From an uncultured Eubacteriales bacterium (GTDB lineage: Bacteria > Bacillota > Clostridia > Christensenellales > CAG-138): 49,470 bases of DNA. Of this stretch, positions 38,944 to 49,470 are shown in pieces (the first letter of the stretch is position 1; every line of letters begins with the position of its first letter). The stretch spans positions 1-49,470 of the forward strand of contig ONMC01000001.1 in the NCBI GenBank assembly GCA_900318745.1, in the 5' to 3' direction. The position numbers and the translations under genes are program-made. Under the pieces are notes generated by a model. That model searched no databases, was not told the DNA's origin, and worked only from the letters and a program-made list of their open reading frames with translations.

Positions 38944-39738
38944 ATGAGAGCTGAACTCGCTTTTACGAAATCCGCTTTGGAGCGCATCGGCGCGCGCCCG
39001 AACAAGGCGCTCGGACAGAATTTCTGCATCGACGGAGATCGGCTGAGATCCTGCGTCGATCGCATGTCGCTCGCACAGACCGTGATCGAGATCGGTCCCG
39101 GCTTCGGCGCGCTGACCGAGCTGCTTTTAGAACGCGGCGCGGTCGTGACCGCCGTCGAAAAGGACGAAACGATGGTACGGTTTCTGCACGAAACGCTGCC
39201 GCACCCGAACCTTTCGGTCGTGCAGGGCGACGCGCTGAAGTTCCGCTATTCCGACGTGCCCGCGCCGTTCTCGGTCGTCGGCAACCTCCCGTATTACATC
39301 ACGACGCCGCTGTGCGCCGCCGTTCTGAAGGCGCTGCCCGTGTCGTTTTACGCAATGGTGCAGAAGGAAGCGGCGGACCGGTTTTTTGCCGCGCCGAAGG
39401 ACGACTGCTACGGACCGCTGTCGATCGTCACGCAGCTGTATTATGACGCGCAGGTGCTCGCGCCGTTTGCGGAGGACTGCTTTTATCCGAGTCCGAACGT
39501 CGCGTCCGTTTTCGTCGGCATGACAAAGCGCACGGACGCGCCCGACGTGCCGCCCGCAAAGCTCTATGCGTTCTGTTCGGAGCTGCTTTCGATGCGGCGC
39601 AAGACGATCAAAAACAATCTGAAGCGATACGAAACCGCGGACGCCGCGCTTGCTGCACTGTCGATCGATCCGGGCATCCGCGCGGAGACGCTTTCGCCCG
39701 AAACGATTCTGCGGCTCTATACGCTGCTTGCAGACTGA
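38944..39738 (+). CDS. rsmA: 16S rRNA adenine dimethyltransferase KsgA
   Basis: LGQNF, EIGPGFGALT, GNLPYYIT, MVQKE, RRKT, RAETL. Confidence 0.93.
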   Translation: MRAELAFTKSALERIGARPNKALGQNFCIDGDRLRSCVDRMSLAQTVIEIGPGFGALTELLLERGAVVTAVEKDETMVRFLHETLPHPNLSVVQGDALKFRYSDVPAPFSVVGNLPYYITTPLCAAVLKALPVSFYAMVQKEAADRFFAAPKDDCYGPLSIVTQLYYDAQVLAPFAEDCFYPSPNVASVFVGMTKRTDAPDVPPAKLYAFCSELLSMRRKTIKNNLKRYETADAALAALSIDPGIRAETLSPETILRLYTLLAD

Positions 39739-39767
39739 AAAAAGACGTCCGCCCGGACGTCTTTTTT
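39738..39767. terminator. Bidirectional terminator
   Basis: AAAAAGACGTCCG-cc-CGGACGTCTTTTTT. Confidence 0.85.
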
Positions 39768-39774
39768 GTTTCGC

Positions 39775-40362
39775 TTATTCGAACCGGTTTGCTTCGCCCG
39801 GCGTCGGCACGGTCGTGACGGCAAACTCGCCCGATCCGGTCTTCGCATAGGCGGTGTCCGCTTCGAGCGCCGGCACGTGCGCCTCGTCCGCTTCGACGTT
39901 GTTCGGGTTCACGAGGTACAGATCCTCGCCCTTTGCGGACAGGTTGAAGCCGGTGCAGTACGGATCGGCGTCGCTCTGCTCGGTGCCGCCCGTGCAGTAG
40001 AGCAGCAGGTATCCGCCGCTCTTTAAGACCGTGCCCTCGGGGAACGTGTAGCGGAACGTGCGCTTGATCTCGTTCGAAAAGCCGTATCCCGAAAGATCGA
40101 TGTCCGCATCGCTCGGGTTATAGATCTCCACCCAGTCGACCGTGCCGTATTCGGGATGGTCGAACGCGGCGTGGTTCGAGGTCATGATCTCCGAAAACAC
40201 CGGCATCGTCGGTTTTTGGGGCAGCAGCAGCGCCGCCGCGATCACAAGCGCGATCACGACGGCGGACGCGGCGACCAGGATCAGCGCGCGTTTTCGCGTG
40301 AAACCGATGCTTTCCTTTTGAAATTCGTTCTCCAGCGAGAGTTCTTCCGAAATCTGTTCCAT
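39775..40362 (-). CDS. Membrane-anchored lamin tail domain (LTD) protein
   Basis: SEIMTSN, DWVEIYN, DLSGY, FNLSAKGE, PTPGEAN; TM helix; probable leaderless start. Confidence 0.85.
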   Translation of the reverse strand: MEQISEELSLENEFQKESIGFTRKRALILVAASAVVIALVIAAALLLPQKPTMPVFSEIMTSNHAAFDHPEYGTVDWVEIYNPSDADIDLSGYGFSNEIKRTFRYTFPEGTVLKSGGYLLLYCTGGTEQSDADPYCTGFNLSAKGEDLYLVNPNNVEADEAHVPALEADTAYAKTGSGEFAVTTVPTPGEANRFE

Positions 40363-40368
40363 ATTTGC

Positions 40369-40417
40369 AGTATAACAGCAAAAAACTGTTTCCACAAGCA
40401 CAAATCTATGCTATAAT
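40369..40417. promoter_or_regulatory. Overlapping divergent promoters (LTD gene / glpK)
   Basis: Minus: TTGTGG-17-TATACT (ext. TG); plus: TGcTATAAT at 40409-40417. Confidence 0.65.
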
Positions 40418-40443
40418 ACAAAATCGGAAAGGCGGTAACGACC

Positions 40444-41894
40444 ATGCAGAAATACCTTTTGTCTCTGGATCAGGGCACGCGTCCGCGCAGTATGAATTTG
40501 CGCAGCATTACCCGATGCCCGGCTATGTCGAGCATGACGCGAACGAGATCCTGAACACCGAACTGGACGCCGTGCGTGCCGTTTTGAAAAAGGCGGACGT
40601 CAAGCCGGGCGAGGTTGCCTGCATCGGCGTGACCAACCAGCGCGAAACGACGATCGTCTGGGAAAAGGCGACCGGCAAGCCCGTGCACCCCGCCATCGTC
40701 TGGCAGTGCCGGCGGACCGCGCCGCTGTGCGAACAGCTGATCCGCGAGGGCATGAAGGATTATATCCAGCAGTCGACCGGTCTTCTGATTGACGCGTACT
40801 TCTCCGCGACCAAGCTGCGCTACATCCTCGACGCCGTTCCGAACGGACAGATGCTTGCCGAAAACGGCGATCTGCTGTTCGGCACCGTCGACACATGGCT
40901 CATCTGGAACCTGACCGGCGCGCATGTGACCGATTACAGCAACGCGTCGCGCACCATGCTCTACAACATCCACACGCTTTCTTACGATCCGGTCATCATG
41001 CACAGGCTGAACATCCCCGCCTGCATCCTGCCCGAAGTCAAGCCCTCCGCGGCGGTCTACGGCTTTGTGAAGGAAGGCATCGAGGGGCTCGAAGCGCTGG
41101 CGGGCGTGCCCGTTTCCGGCGACGCGGGCGACCAGCAGGCGGCGCTGTTCGGGCAGGCGTGCTTTGAGCCGGGTCAGGCGAAATGCACCTACGGCACCGG
41201 CGGCTTTCTGATGATGCAGACGGGCGACAAGCCGGTCGCAAGCAAGAACCGCCTGCTCACCACGATCGCGTGGGGCGTCGGCGGACGCGTGTGCTATGCG
41301 CTCGAAGGCAGCATCTTCAACGCAGGCAGTTCGATCAAATGGCTCAGAGACGAGGTCGGCCTGATCTCCTCCGCGCACGAGATCGACACGCTTGCCGAAT
41401 CCGTGCCCGACGCGGGCGGCGCCTACTTTGTCTCGGCGTTTACGGGACTCGGCGCACCGCATTGGGACATGTACGCGCGCGGCGCGTTGGTCGGCTTGAC
41501 CCGCGCCACGAACCGTGCGCATATCGCGCGTGCGGTGCTCGAAGGCATCGTCTATCAGGTCGGCGATCTTGCCCGCACGATGGAATTTGACAGCGGCAGA
41601 AAGATCGGCGAGCTGAAGGTCGACGGCGGCGCATCCGTCTCCGACGTGATGATGCAGTTCCAGGCGGACATGCTCGACGTACCGGTCAATCGTCCGAAAT
41701 GTGTGGAATCGACCGCGCTCGGCGCGGCTTACCTTGCCGCGATCGGCGCCGGCATCTATCAGGACGAGCAGGAAGTCATGCACTATTGGGAGAGCGAAAA
41801 GATCTTCCACCCCTCGATGAGCGAGGTGGAACGCGCCAACCGTCAGCGCGGCTGGACGAAGGCCGTGGAAAAAGCAAAGAACTGGGAAGATTGA
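40444..41894 (+). pseudogene. glpK: Glycerol kinase disrupted by a frameshifting deletion near the 5' end
   Basis: MQKYLLSLDQGT in one frame joins SAQYEFAQHYP in another at ~40479; the TSSRA... segment is missing; the rest is intact (TNQRETT, AIVWQCRRT, GDQQAALFG, VDGGA). Confidence 0.85.
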
Positions 41895-41916
41895 TCCGAA
41901 GGGAGAATACAATACA

Positions 41917-43035
41917 ATGGCAATCAAAGAAACAAGACCTTATGTTGACTGGGAAACGATCGGCGGCTTTCTCGTGGACGCGTTCGTCGCGTACGGTGTG
42001 CCGCGTGAGGACGCGGAGATCTGCGCGGACGTTCTGATGGAGAGCGACCGCCGCGGCATCGAGAGCCACGGCGTCAACCGCTTCAAGCCGATCTATCTCG
42101 ACCGTATCAAGGCGGGCATCCTGAACCCCGTGACCGAATACGAAGTGCTGCGCGAGACCCCGACGACCGCTGTGGTCGACGGGCACGACGGCATGGGCAT
42201 GGTCATCTCGAAGCGCGCGATGCAGACCGCGATCGACAAGGCGAAGAACTTCGGCATGGGCATGGTCGCCGTGCGCAACTCCTCGCACTACGGCATCGCG
42301 GGCTACTGGGCCACGATGGCGACGAAGCAGGGGCTGATCGGCATCACGGGCACGAACGCGCGTCCGTCGATCGCGCCGACCTTCGGCGTGGAGAACATGC
42401 TCGGCACGAACCCGCTGACGATCGCGCTGCCGACCGATGAGGAATTCCCGTTCTGCATCGACTGCGCAACCTCCATCACCCAGCGCGGCAAGATCGAATA
42501 CTACGCAAGAAACGACAAGCCCACCCCCGCGGGCATGGTCATCGGCAGAGACGGCTCTGCGCTGACCGACTCGAAGCAGATCCTGATCGACCTCACCAAG
42601 GGCGAAGCGGCGCTTGCACCGCTGGGCGGCATCGGCGACGAGCTTGCCGGCTACAAGGGCTACGGCTACGCGACGGTCGTGGAGATCCTCTCCGCGGCGC
42701 TGCAGGCGGGCAGCTACATGAAAGCGCTGACCGGCGTGGACGAAAACGGCAACAAGCGTCCTTACCATCTCGGTCACTTCTTCATTGCGATCGATCCCGA
42801 GGCGTTCATGGGTCTCGACACGTTCAAAAAGACCTGCGGCGACATCCTCCGCGCGCTGCGCAATTCCGAAAAGGCGCCCGGCGAGGAGCGCATCTATACC
42901 GCCGGCGAAAAGGAATGGCTCGTGTGGCAGGACCGCAAGGACAAGGGCGTTCCCGTCAACGAAGCGGTGCAGAAGGAACTGATCGCCGTGCGCGACGAAA
43001 AGCACCTCAACTATCACTTCTCGTTCGAGAAATAA
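41917..43035 (+). CDS. Ldh_2 family oxidoreductase (malate/L-lactate/ureidoglycolate dehydrogenase-like)
   Basis: RGIESHGV, RNSSHYG, LGTNP, D.ATS, GYKGYG, FFIAIDP. Confidence 0.9.
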   Translation: MAIKETRPYVDWETIGGFLVDAFVAYGVPREDAEICADVLMESDRRGIESHGVNRFKPIYLDRIKAGILNPVTEYEVLRETPTTAVVDGHDGMGMVISKRAMQTAIDKAKNFGMGMVAVRNSSHYGIAGYWATMATKQGLIGITGTNARPSIAPTFGVENMLGTNPLTIALPTDEEFPFCIDCATSITQRGKIEYYARNDKPTPAGMVIGRDGSALTDSKQILIDLTKGEAALAPLGGIGDELAGYKGYGYATVVEILSAALQAGSYMKALTGVDENGNKRPYHLGHFFIAIDPEAFMGLDTFKKTCGDILRALRNSEKAPGEERIYTAGEKEWLVWQDRKDKGVPVNEAVQKELIAVRDEKHLNYHFSFEK

Positions 43036-43046
43036 GCGAATCCTTC

Positions 43047-43077
43047 AAAAGGGCTGTCCGAAAAGGCAGCCCTTTTT
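43047..43077 (+). terminator. Intrinsic terminator
   Basis: AAAAGGGCTG...CAGCCCTTTTT. Confidence 0.85.
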
Positions 43078-43088
43078 CGGTTCCCCGA

Positions 43089-43117
43089 TTGCGGAAACCG
43101 CACAAGGATGCTATAAT
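43089..43117 (+). promoter_or_regulatory. sigma-A promoter
   Basis: TTGCGG-17 nt-TATAAT with extended TG. Confidence 0.7.
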
Positions 43118-43149
43118 GGAAAAAAGGATTCCGTCAGAAAGGTTCCGCC

Positions 43150-43863
43150 ATGAACATTTACCTTGCGCTCACGCTGTTTTCTCTGATGATCCTGCTCTAC
43201 TGGATCATTACGGAGCTGTTTGCGATGCTGTTCCGTTTCACCGGGCTGCCCGATGAAAAGGCGCAGTTTCAGGTCATTTCGCTGCTGACCGGCTGCGGCT
43301 TCACGACGCACGAAAGCGAACTGCTTCTGAAGAGCAAGTCCCGCCGCCGGCTCGCGCGTATCACGATGCTGTTCGGATACGTCTTCAACATCACGATCGT
43401 ATCCATGCTGATCAACGTCTTCCTGTCGCTGAAGCTGTCGGAATTCAAGACGTATATCGGCATGCTGATCCCGATCCTTGCGGCGGCGGTCATCATTCTG
43501 TTTCTGCGCGTGCCGAAGATCCGCGCGTGGGGCGACCGGATGATCGAACACCTGGCGCGGCGCGTGTCGCATCGCGGCAGCACCAACACCGTTCTGCTGC
43601 TCGATTACATCGGCGAGGATTCGATCGCGCAGGTCATCCTGCACGACGTCCCCGAATCGCTGCGCGACCTGCCGCTGTCCGAAACGGGGCTGAAACCGAA
43701 CCACAACATCCTTGTGATGCTGCTTGAGCGCAGAGGCGGCAAGGCCGAACCGCCGAACGCGCAGACCGTGTTCCTTCCGGGCGATAAGCTGACCGTCTTC
43801 GGCAATTACCGCACGATCTCAAAGGTGTTCGAGGCGAAGGAACGCTTCCTGGAAAACGACTGA
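43150..43863 (+). CDS. Membrane protein with pore-loop-like segment and C-terminal TrkA-C (RCK_C) domain
   Basis: AQFQVISLLTGCGFTTHESE, R..RRLA, C-terminal P...TVFLPGDKLTVFG. Confidence 0.8.
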   Translation: MNIYLALTLFSLMILLYWIITELFAMLFRFTGLPDEKAQFQVISLLTGCGFTTHESELLLKSKSRRRLARITMLFGYVFNITIVSMLINVFLSLKLSEFKTYIGMLIPILAAAVIILFLRVPKIRAWGDRMIEHLARRVSHRGSTNTVLLLDYIGEDSIAQVILHDVPESLRDLPLSETGLKPNHNILVMLLERRGGKAEPPNAQTVFLPGDKLTVFGNYRTISKVFEAKERFLEND

Positions 43864-43882
43864 AATACGAAAGGAGACTCCC

Positions 43883-44134
43883 ATGCTGGAATTCCGATAT
43901 GACACACAGCTTCTGATCGACGGAACGGACCTCGACGAGGACGTGATCCGCGCATACTTCATGAACAACTTCAACGGCGACTGCCTGCTCGCGGTCGGCG
44001 ACGACGAAACGATCAAGATCCACTACCATACCAACGAGCCGTGGAAGGTGCTCGAATACTGCTCCTCGCTCGGCGAGATCTATGACATCGTCGTCGAAGA
44101 CATGGATCGCCAGTCCCGCGGGCTCAAGGGATAA
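43883..44134 (+). CDS. Stand-alone small domain related to the middle domain of DAK2/FakA kinases
   Basis: YDTQLLI, GDCLLAVGDDETIKIHYHTNEP, GEIYDIVVEDM.RQ; AAGGAG RBS. Confidence 0.8.
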   Translation: MLEFRYDTQLLIDGTDLDEDVIRAYFMNNFNGDCLLAVGDDETIKIHYHTNEPWKVLEYCSSLGEIYDIVVEDMDRQSRGLKG

Positions 44135-44156
44135 CGCCCGATCCTGCGTAAACAGC

Positions 44157-44194
44157 GCAGCAGCCATGTCCCTAATATGGGATATGGCTGCTGT
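44157..44194. terminator. Long hairpin, probable terminator between convergent genes
   Basis: GCAGCAGCCATGTCCC-taatat-GGGATATGGCTGCTGT followed by TATTCT. Confidence 0.6.
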
Positions 44195-44281
44195 TATTCT
44201 ATCACGTTATCGATCTTTATGTCCCTTTATTGGTATATGTTTCCGCTTGATCCTCTGTCTTGTACCGATTTTGGGATATGT
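44166..44281. repeat. Three degenerate 22-bp palindromic repeats
   Basis: atgtccctaatatgggatatgg (44166), atgtccctttattggtatatgt (44219), ttgtaccgattttgggatatgt (44260); 13 of 22 positions identical in all three. Confidence 0.75.
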
Positions 44282-45076
44282 TTATTCCGTAAAGTCAAAG
44301 CCGATCAGCCGCCCCGCCTCGACAAAGCCGATCGAACGGTACAGCGCGTTGGACGCCGGGTAGCTTGTGTCGGCATAGAGCATCGTGCGCTCACCGCGTG
44401 CGTGCGCGTCGGCGCAGACCGAGCTGACCAGCGCTTTCGCATAGCCGTGTCCGCGATACGCGCTGCCCGTCACCACCGAGCTGATGTATGCCAGACCGTT
44501 TTTGCGCTCCAGCAGCCGCACGAGCGCCACAGGTATCCCGTTTATGCACCATCCATACGCATCCGGGTTCTCGCAGAAGCGGCGTCCGGCGTTGAGGCGC
44601 TCGTCTTCGGGGATCGGTTCGCGCGCCTGCTCGCCGAGCTCGGCAAGCATGGCGCCGCACACGGCGGGATCGAGCGCGCCGGCGGGCACGCGCTCCCCTT
44701 CGGTCGAACAGGCGTTCGGCTTTTCGCACAGATACGCGGTCAGCGGCAGGCGGCGCGCCTTCGGAAACGGCAGCGCAAGCTCGAGGTATCGCACGAGCGA
44801 CGCCCGTCCGATCACTCCCGCAAGGTTTTTCGCCTCGCGGAGCACGCAGAGCGACGCGGCAAGCTCCGCAAGCGTTTCTTCGGATATCCCCTTTCGCGTG
44901 TAGATCCACGCAGGCCAGCCGAGCCCCGCGCGCACGAACAGCACGTCCTTTCCGTCGGACAGGCAAAGCGCTTCCGGCGCGTCGATCAGCTGCACGAGCT
45001 TTCGGAACGTGATCGCCTCGGCGTCGTTGGAAAACGGGAACGCCTTTGCTTCTTTTGCGGAGATCCTGCGGATCAT
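44282..45076 (-). CDS. GNAT family N-acetyltransferase
   Basis: VVT...YRGHGYA motif A, N.LYRSIGF; GGGAGG RBS. Confidence 0.88.
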   Translation of the reverse strand: MIRRISAKEAKAFPFSNDAEAITFRKLVQLIDAPEALCLSDGKDVLFVRAGLGWPAWIYTRKGISEETLAELAASLCVLREAKNLAGVIGRASLVRYLELALPFPKARRLPLTAYLCEKPNACSTEGERVPAGALDPAVCGAMLAELGEQAREPIPEDERLNAGRRFCENPDAYGWCINGIPVALVRLLERKNGLAYISSVVTGSAYRGHGYAKALVSSVCADAHARGERTMLYADTSYPASNALYRSIGFVEAGRLIGFDFTE

Positions 45077-45087
45077 ACTTCCCTCCC

Positions 45088-45120
45088 GAAAAAAAGCGGC
45101 AGGAGCATGGCTCCCGCCGC
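45088..45120 (-). terminator. Intrinsic terminator after serS
   Basis: GCGGCGGGAGC-cat-GCTCCTGCCGC-TTTTTTT. Confidence 0.8.
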
Positions 45121-45126
45121 AAGGAA

Positions 45127-46407
45127 TCAACCGATGGTCTCTTTGAATCCCATGTAAGGACGCAGCGCCTCGGGGATGCGGATCGTGCCGTCCGCGTTGA
45201 GGTTGTTTTCAAGGAATGCGATCAGCATGCGCGGCGGTGCGACGACCGTGTTGTTCAGCGTATGCGCGAAATAGTTGCCCTTCTCCTTGTTCTTGATGCG
45301 GATGCCCAGGCGTCTTGCCTGCGCGTCGCCGAGGTTCGAACAGCTGCCGACCTCAAAGTACTTCTGCTGACGCGGCGACCACGCCTCGACGTCGCAGCTC
45401 TTGACCTTCAGATCCGCAAGGTCTCCGGAGCAGCACTCGAGCGTGCGCACCGGAATGTCGAGCGTGCGGAAGAAATCGACCGTGTTTTTCCACAGCTCGT
45501 TGTACAGCGTCATGCTGTCTTCGGGCTTGCAGACGATGATCATCTCCTGCTTTTCGAACTGATGGATGCGGTAAACGCCGCGCTCCTCGATGCCGTGCGC
45601 GCCGACTTCCTTGCGGAAGCAGGGCGAGTAGCTGGTGAGCCGCAGCGGAAGCTTGTCCTCATCGTGGAACGTGTTCATGAAGCGGCCGATCATGCTGTGC
45701 TCGGACGTGCCGATCAGGTACAGGTCCTCGCCCTCGATCTTATACATCATGTTTTCCATTTCCGCAAAGCTCATGACGCCGTCGACGACCGACGAACGGA
45801 TCATGAACGGCGGCACGACGTACGTATAGCCGCGGTCGATCATAAAGTCGCGCGCATAGGACAGCACCGCGCTGTGCAGCCGCGCGATATCGCCCATCAG
45901 ATAATAGAAGCCGTTGCCGCTCGTCTTGCGCGCGGAATCCAGGTCGATGCCCGAAAGGCGTTCCATGATGTCGACATGATACGGGATCTCAAAGTCCGGC
46001 ACGACCGGCTCGCCGAAGCGCTCGATCTCGACGTTTTCGGAATCGTCCTTTCCGATCGGGACCGAAGGATCGATGATGTTCGGGATCACGAGCATGCGCT
46101 TTCTGATCTCGGCTTCGAGCTCCGCCTCGCGCACCTCAAGGTCCGCCATCTCCTGCGCCATCGCGCCGACCTGCTTCTTGGCTTCCTCCGCCTTGTCGCG
46201 CTCGCCGTGCGCCATCATCATGCCGATGGACTTCGAAATGACGTTTCTCTGATTGCGCAGATAATCGCCGCGCACATGCGCCTCGCGGTATTCTTTGTCG
46301 AGCGCCAGCACTTCATCGACGAGAACGAGCTTTTCGTCCTGAAATTTCTTTTTGATATTTTCCTTTACGAGCTCCGGGTTTGCCCGTACAAACTTGATAT
46401 CCAGCAT
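45127..46407 (-). CDS. serS: Serine--tRNA ligase
   Basis: MLDIKFVR, YLIGTSE, CFRKEVG..RG.YRIHQFEK motif 2, EVGSCSN, HTLNNT. Confidence 0.97.
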   Translation of the reverse strand: MLDIKFVRANPELVKENIKKKFQDEKLVLVDEVLALDKEYREAHVRGDYLRNQRNVISKSIGMMMAHGERDKAEEAKKQVGAMAQEMADLEVREAELEAEIRKRMLVIPNIIDPSVPIGKDDSENVEIERFGEPVVPDFEIPYHVDIMERLSGIDLDSARKTSGNGFYYLMGDIARLHSAVLSYARDFMIDRGYTYVVPPFMIRSSVVDGVMSFAEMENMMYKIEGEDLYLIGTSEHSMIGRFMNTFHDEDKLPLRLTSYSPCFRKEVGAHGIEERGVYRIHQFEKQEMIIVCKPEDSMTLYNELWKNTVDFFRTLDIPVRTLECCSGDLADLKVKSCDVEAWSPRQQKYFEVGSCSNLGDAQARRLGIRIKNKEKGNYFAHTLNNTVVAPPRMLIAFLENNLNADGTIRIPEALRPYMGFKETIG

Positions 46408-46410
46408 ATG

Positions 46411-48099
<1,689 letters not shown>

Positions 48100-48176
48100 A
48101 GATGAATCACTCCTTAACTTTTTTATTATAGCAAAGCGATATCCAAAAAGAAAGAGGTTCGTTCCAAAAAACCTGC

Positions 48177-48205
48177 TTGCAACGCGGACGGCGTGCGTGT
48201 ATGAT
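48177..48205 (+). promoter_or_regulatory. sigma-A promoter of pepT
   Basis: TTGCAA-17 nt-TATGAT. Confidence 0.65.
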
Positions 48206-48235
48206 AGAATCAACGAAAGATGCGGAGGTTTATGT

Positions 48236-49470
48236 ATGGAACGCACGCCGTTTTATGAAAAGGTCAGAGAGCGTCTGATCCGTTACGCAAAGATCGACAC
48301 GCAGTCCGATCCGAAGAGCACGGCGACGCCGACTGCACAGAAGCAGTTCGATCTCGCCCGCGTGCTGTTTCATGAGCTTCGTTCGATCGGCGCGAGCGAC
48401 GTATATCTCGACGAGCGCGCCTGCGTCGTCTATGCCAAGATCCCCGCGACCCGATCGGGCGGCAGAGCGTTCGGGCTTGTGACGCATATGGACACCGCAC
48501 CCGACGCGCCCGGCGCAAACGTGCGCCCGTGGGTGCTCGAGTCCTACGACGGCGGAGACATCGTGCTGAACGAAGAAAAAGGCATTGTGCTGTCGCCGAA
48601 GGAGTTTCCGAGCCTGAAACAGTATATCGGGCAGGACCTTGTTCTGACCGACGGCACGACGCTTCTGGGCGGCGACGACAAGGCGGCGATCGCGGCGGTG
48701 ATGACGTTTGCCGAGCATGTTCTTTCGCATCCGGAGATCCCGCACGGACCGGTTTCGCTGGCGTTCACGCCCGACGAGGAGGTCGGCGGGCTTGCGAAGG
48801 ACCTTGATCTCGACCGCTTCGGCGCAAAGGTCGCGTACACGCTCGACGGCGATCATCTGGGCTTTTACATGGACGAGACCTTCCATGCGTCCCACGCAAA
48901 GCTGACGGTTTCGGGACGCAGCGTGCATCCCGCCACGGCGAAGGGCATCATGGTCAACGCCGCGGACGTTGCGAGCGAATTCTGCGCCATGCTGCCGCGG
49001 TTCGAAAAGCCGCAGTACACCGCGGGGCGCGAGGGCTTTTTCCACGTGATTTCGATCCGGGCGAGCTGCGAGCACGCGGAGGTCTCCCTGATCATCCGCG
49101 ATCATGACCGCACGCAGTTCGAACAGCGGGAAGCATATGTAAGAAAGTGCGCCGACGCGCTCAAAGCGGCATACGGCGCGGAGCGGATCGATCTTTCGAT
49201 CGAGCAGTCGTACCGCAACATGAAAGAGATCGTCGACCGGCATCCGTATCTGATCGAAAACCTCGTCGCGGCGATCCGCGCGGCGGGGATCGAACCGAAG
49301 ACGGAACCGTTCCGCGGCGGCACGGACGGCTCGGCGTTAAGCTGGCGCGGACTGCCGTGCCCGAACCTTTCGGCGGGCTACGAAAACGCGCACGGGCGGT
49401 TCGAGTACGTGCCGATCCCGTCGATGGAAAAGAACGTGGAGATTCTGCTGCACCTTTGCAGACGGTTCGG
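48236..49470 (+). CDS. pepT: Peptidase T (tripeptidase), runs off the right edge; absent from the ORF track
   Basis: GGAGG RBS; RYAKIDTQSD, HMDT, LLGGDDKA, FTPDEEVG, VHPATAKG, RGGTDG, PNL..G..N.HG.FE. Confidence 0.93.
   Translation, partial: MERTPFYEKVRERLIRYAKIDTQSDPKSTATPTAQKQFDLARVLFHELRSIGASDVYLDERACVVYAKIPATRSGGRAFGLVTHMDTAPDAPGANVRPWVLESYDGGDIVLNEEKGIVLSPKEFPSLKQYIGQDLVLTDGTTLLGGDDKAAIAAVMTFAEHVLSHPEIPHGPVSLAFTPDEEVGGLAKDLDLDRFGAKVAYTLDGDHLGFYMDETFHASHAKLTVSGRSVHPATAKGIMVNAADVASEFCAMLPRFEKPQYTAGREGFFHVISIRASCEHAEVSLIIRDHDRTQFEQREAYVRKCADALKAAYGAERIDLSIEQSYRNMKEIVDRHPYLIENLVAAIRAAGIEPKTEPFRGGTDGSALSWRGLPCPNLSAGYENAHGRFEYVPIPSMEKNVEILLHLCRRF

Noticed and set aside
40365-40443. Extended N-terminus rescuing glpK as a 509-aa ORF
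   Set aside because: This start lies upstream of the glpK -10, has no RBS and encodes non-homologous sequence lacking DQGT.
44166-44281. Mini CRISPR array
   Set aside because: Repeats are too degenerate, spacers unequal (31 and 19 nt), and there are no cas genes.
44177-45157. 326-aa plus-strand ORF starting in the AT-rich island
   Set aside because: Antisense to the GNAT gene, no RBS, no recognisable domain.

Overview
High-GC (roughly 60-65% by eye) bacterial chromosome segment. Gene content (addAB, yitT, pepV, murAB-type, DUF3842, pepT) and strong sigma-A-type promoters point to Bacillota/Clostridia (inference). It is almost entirely housekeeping and densely packed, with about 46 CDS in long operons: dnaX-ebfC-recR-amidase-arcA-arcB; yitT-pepV-phoB/phoR-like pair; radA; a metal/corrinoid ABC importer with a methyltransferase and DUF3842; murA-methyltransferase-double RluA-pgm-deoD-Dabb-uvrB-NAGPA; thpR-addB-addA-rsmF-rsmA; glpK(disrupted)-Ldh_2; argS-serS-GNAT; and a partial pepT. 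No rRNA, tRNA, CRISPR array, prophage or transposase was recognised, and I found no clear-cut novel multi-gene system. The best leads are: (i) a lower-GC intergenic island at 44135-44281 with three copies of a 22-bp palindromic motif between convergent genes; (ii) a highly structured leader with a terminator-like hairpin and a palindrome-overlapped promoter ahead of the metal ABC importer (candidate riboswitch/attenuator); (iii) a tandem two-domain RluA pseudouridine synthase; (iv) an ArgRS whose HIGH and KMSKS-type motifs are both rewritten; (v) three apparently leaderless genes, all encoding N-terminally anchored surface proteins; (vi) glpK inactivated by a frameshifting 5' deletion. All product calls come from motif recognition by eye; no searches were run.
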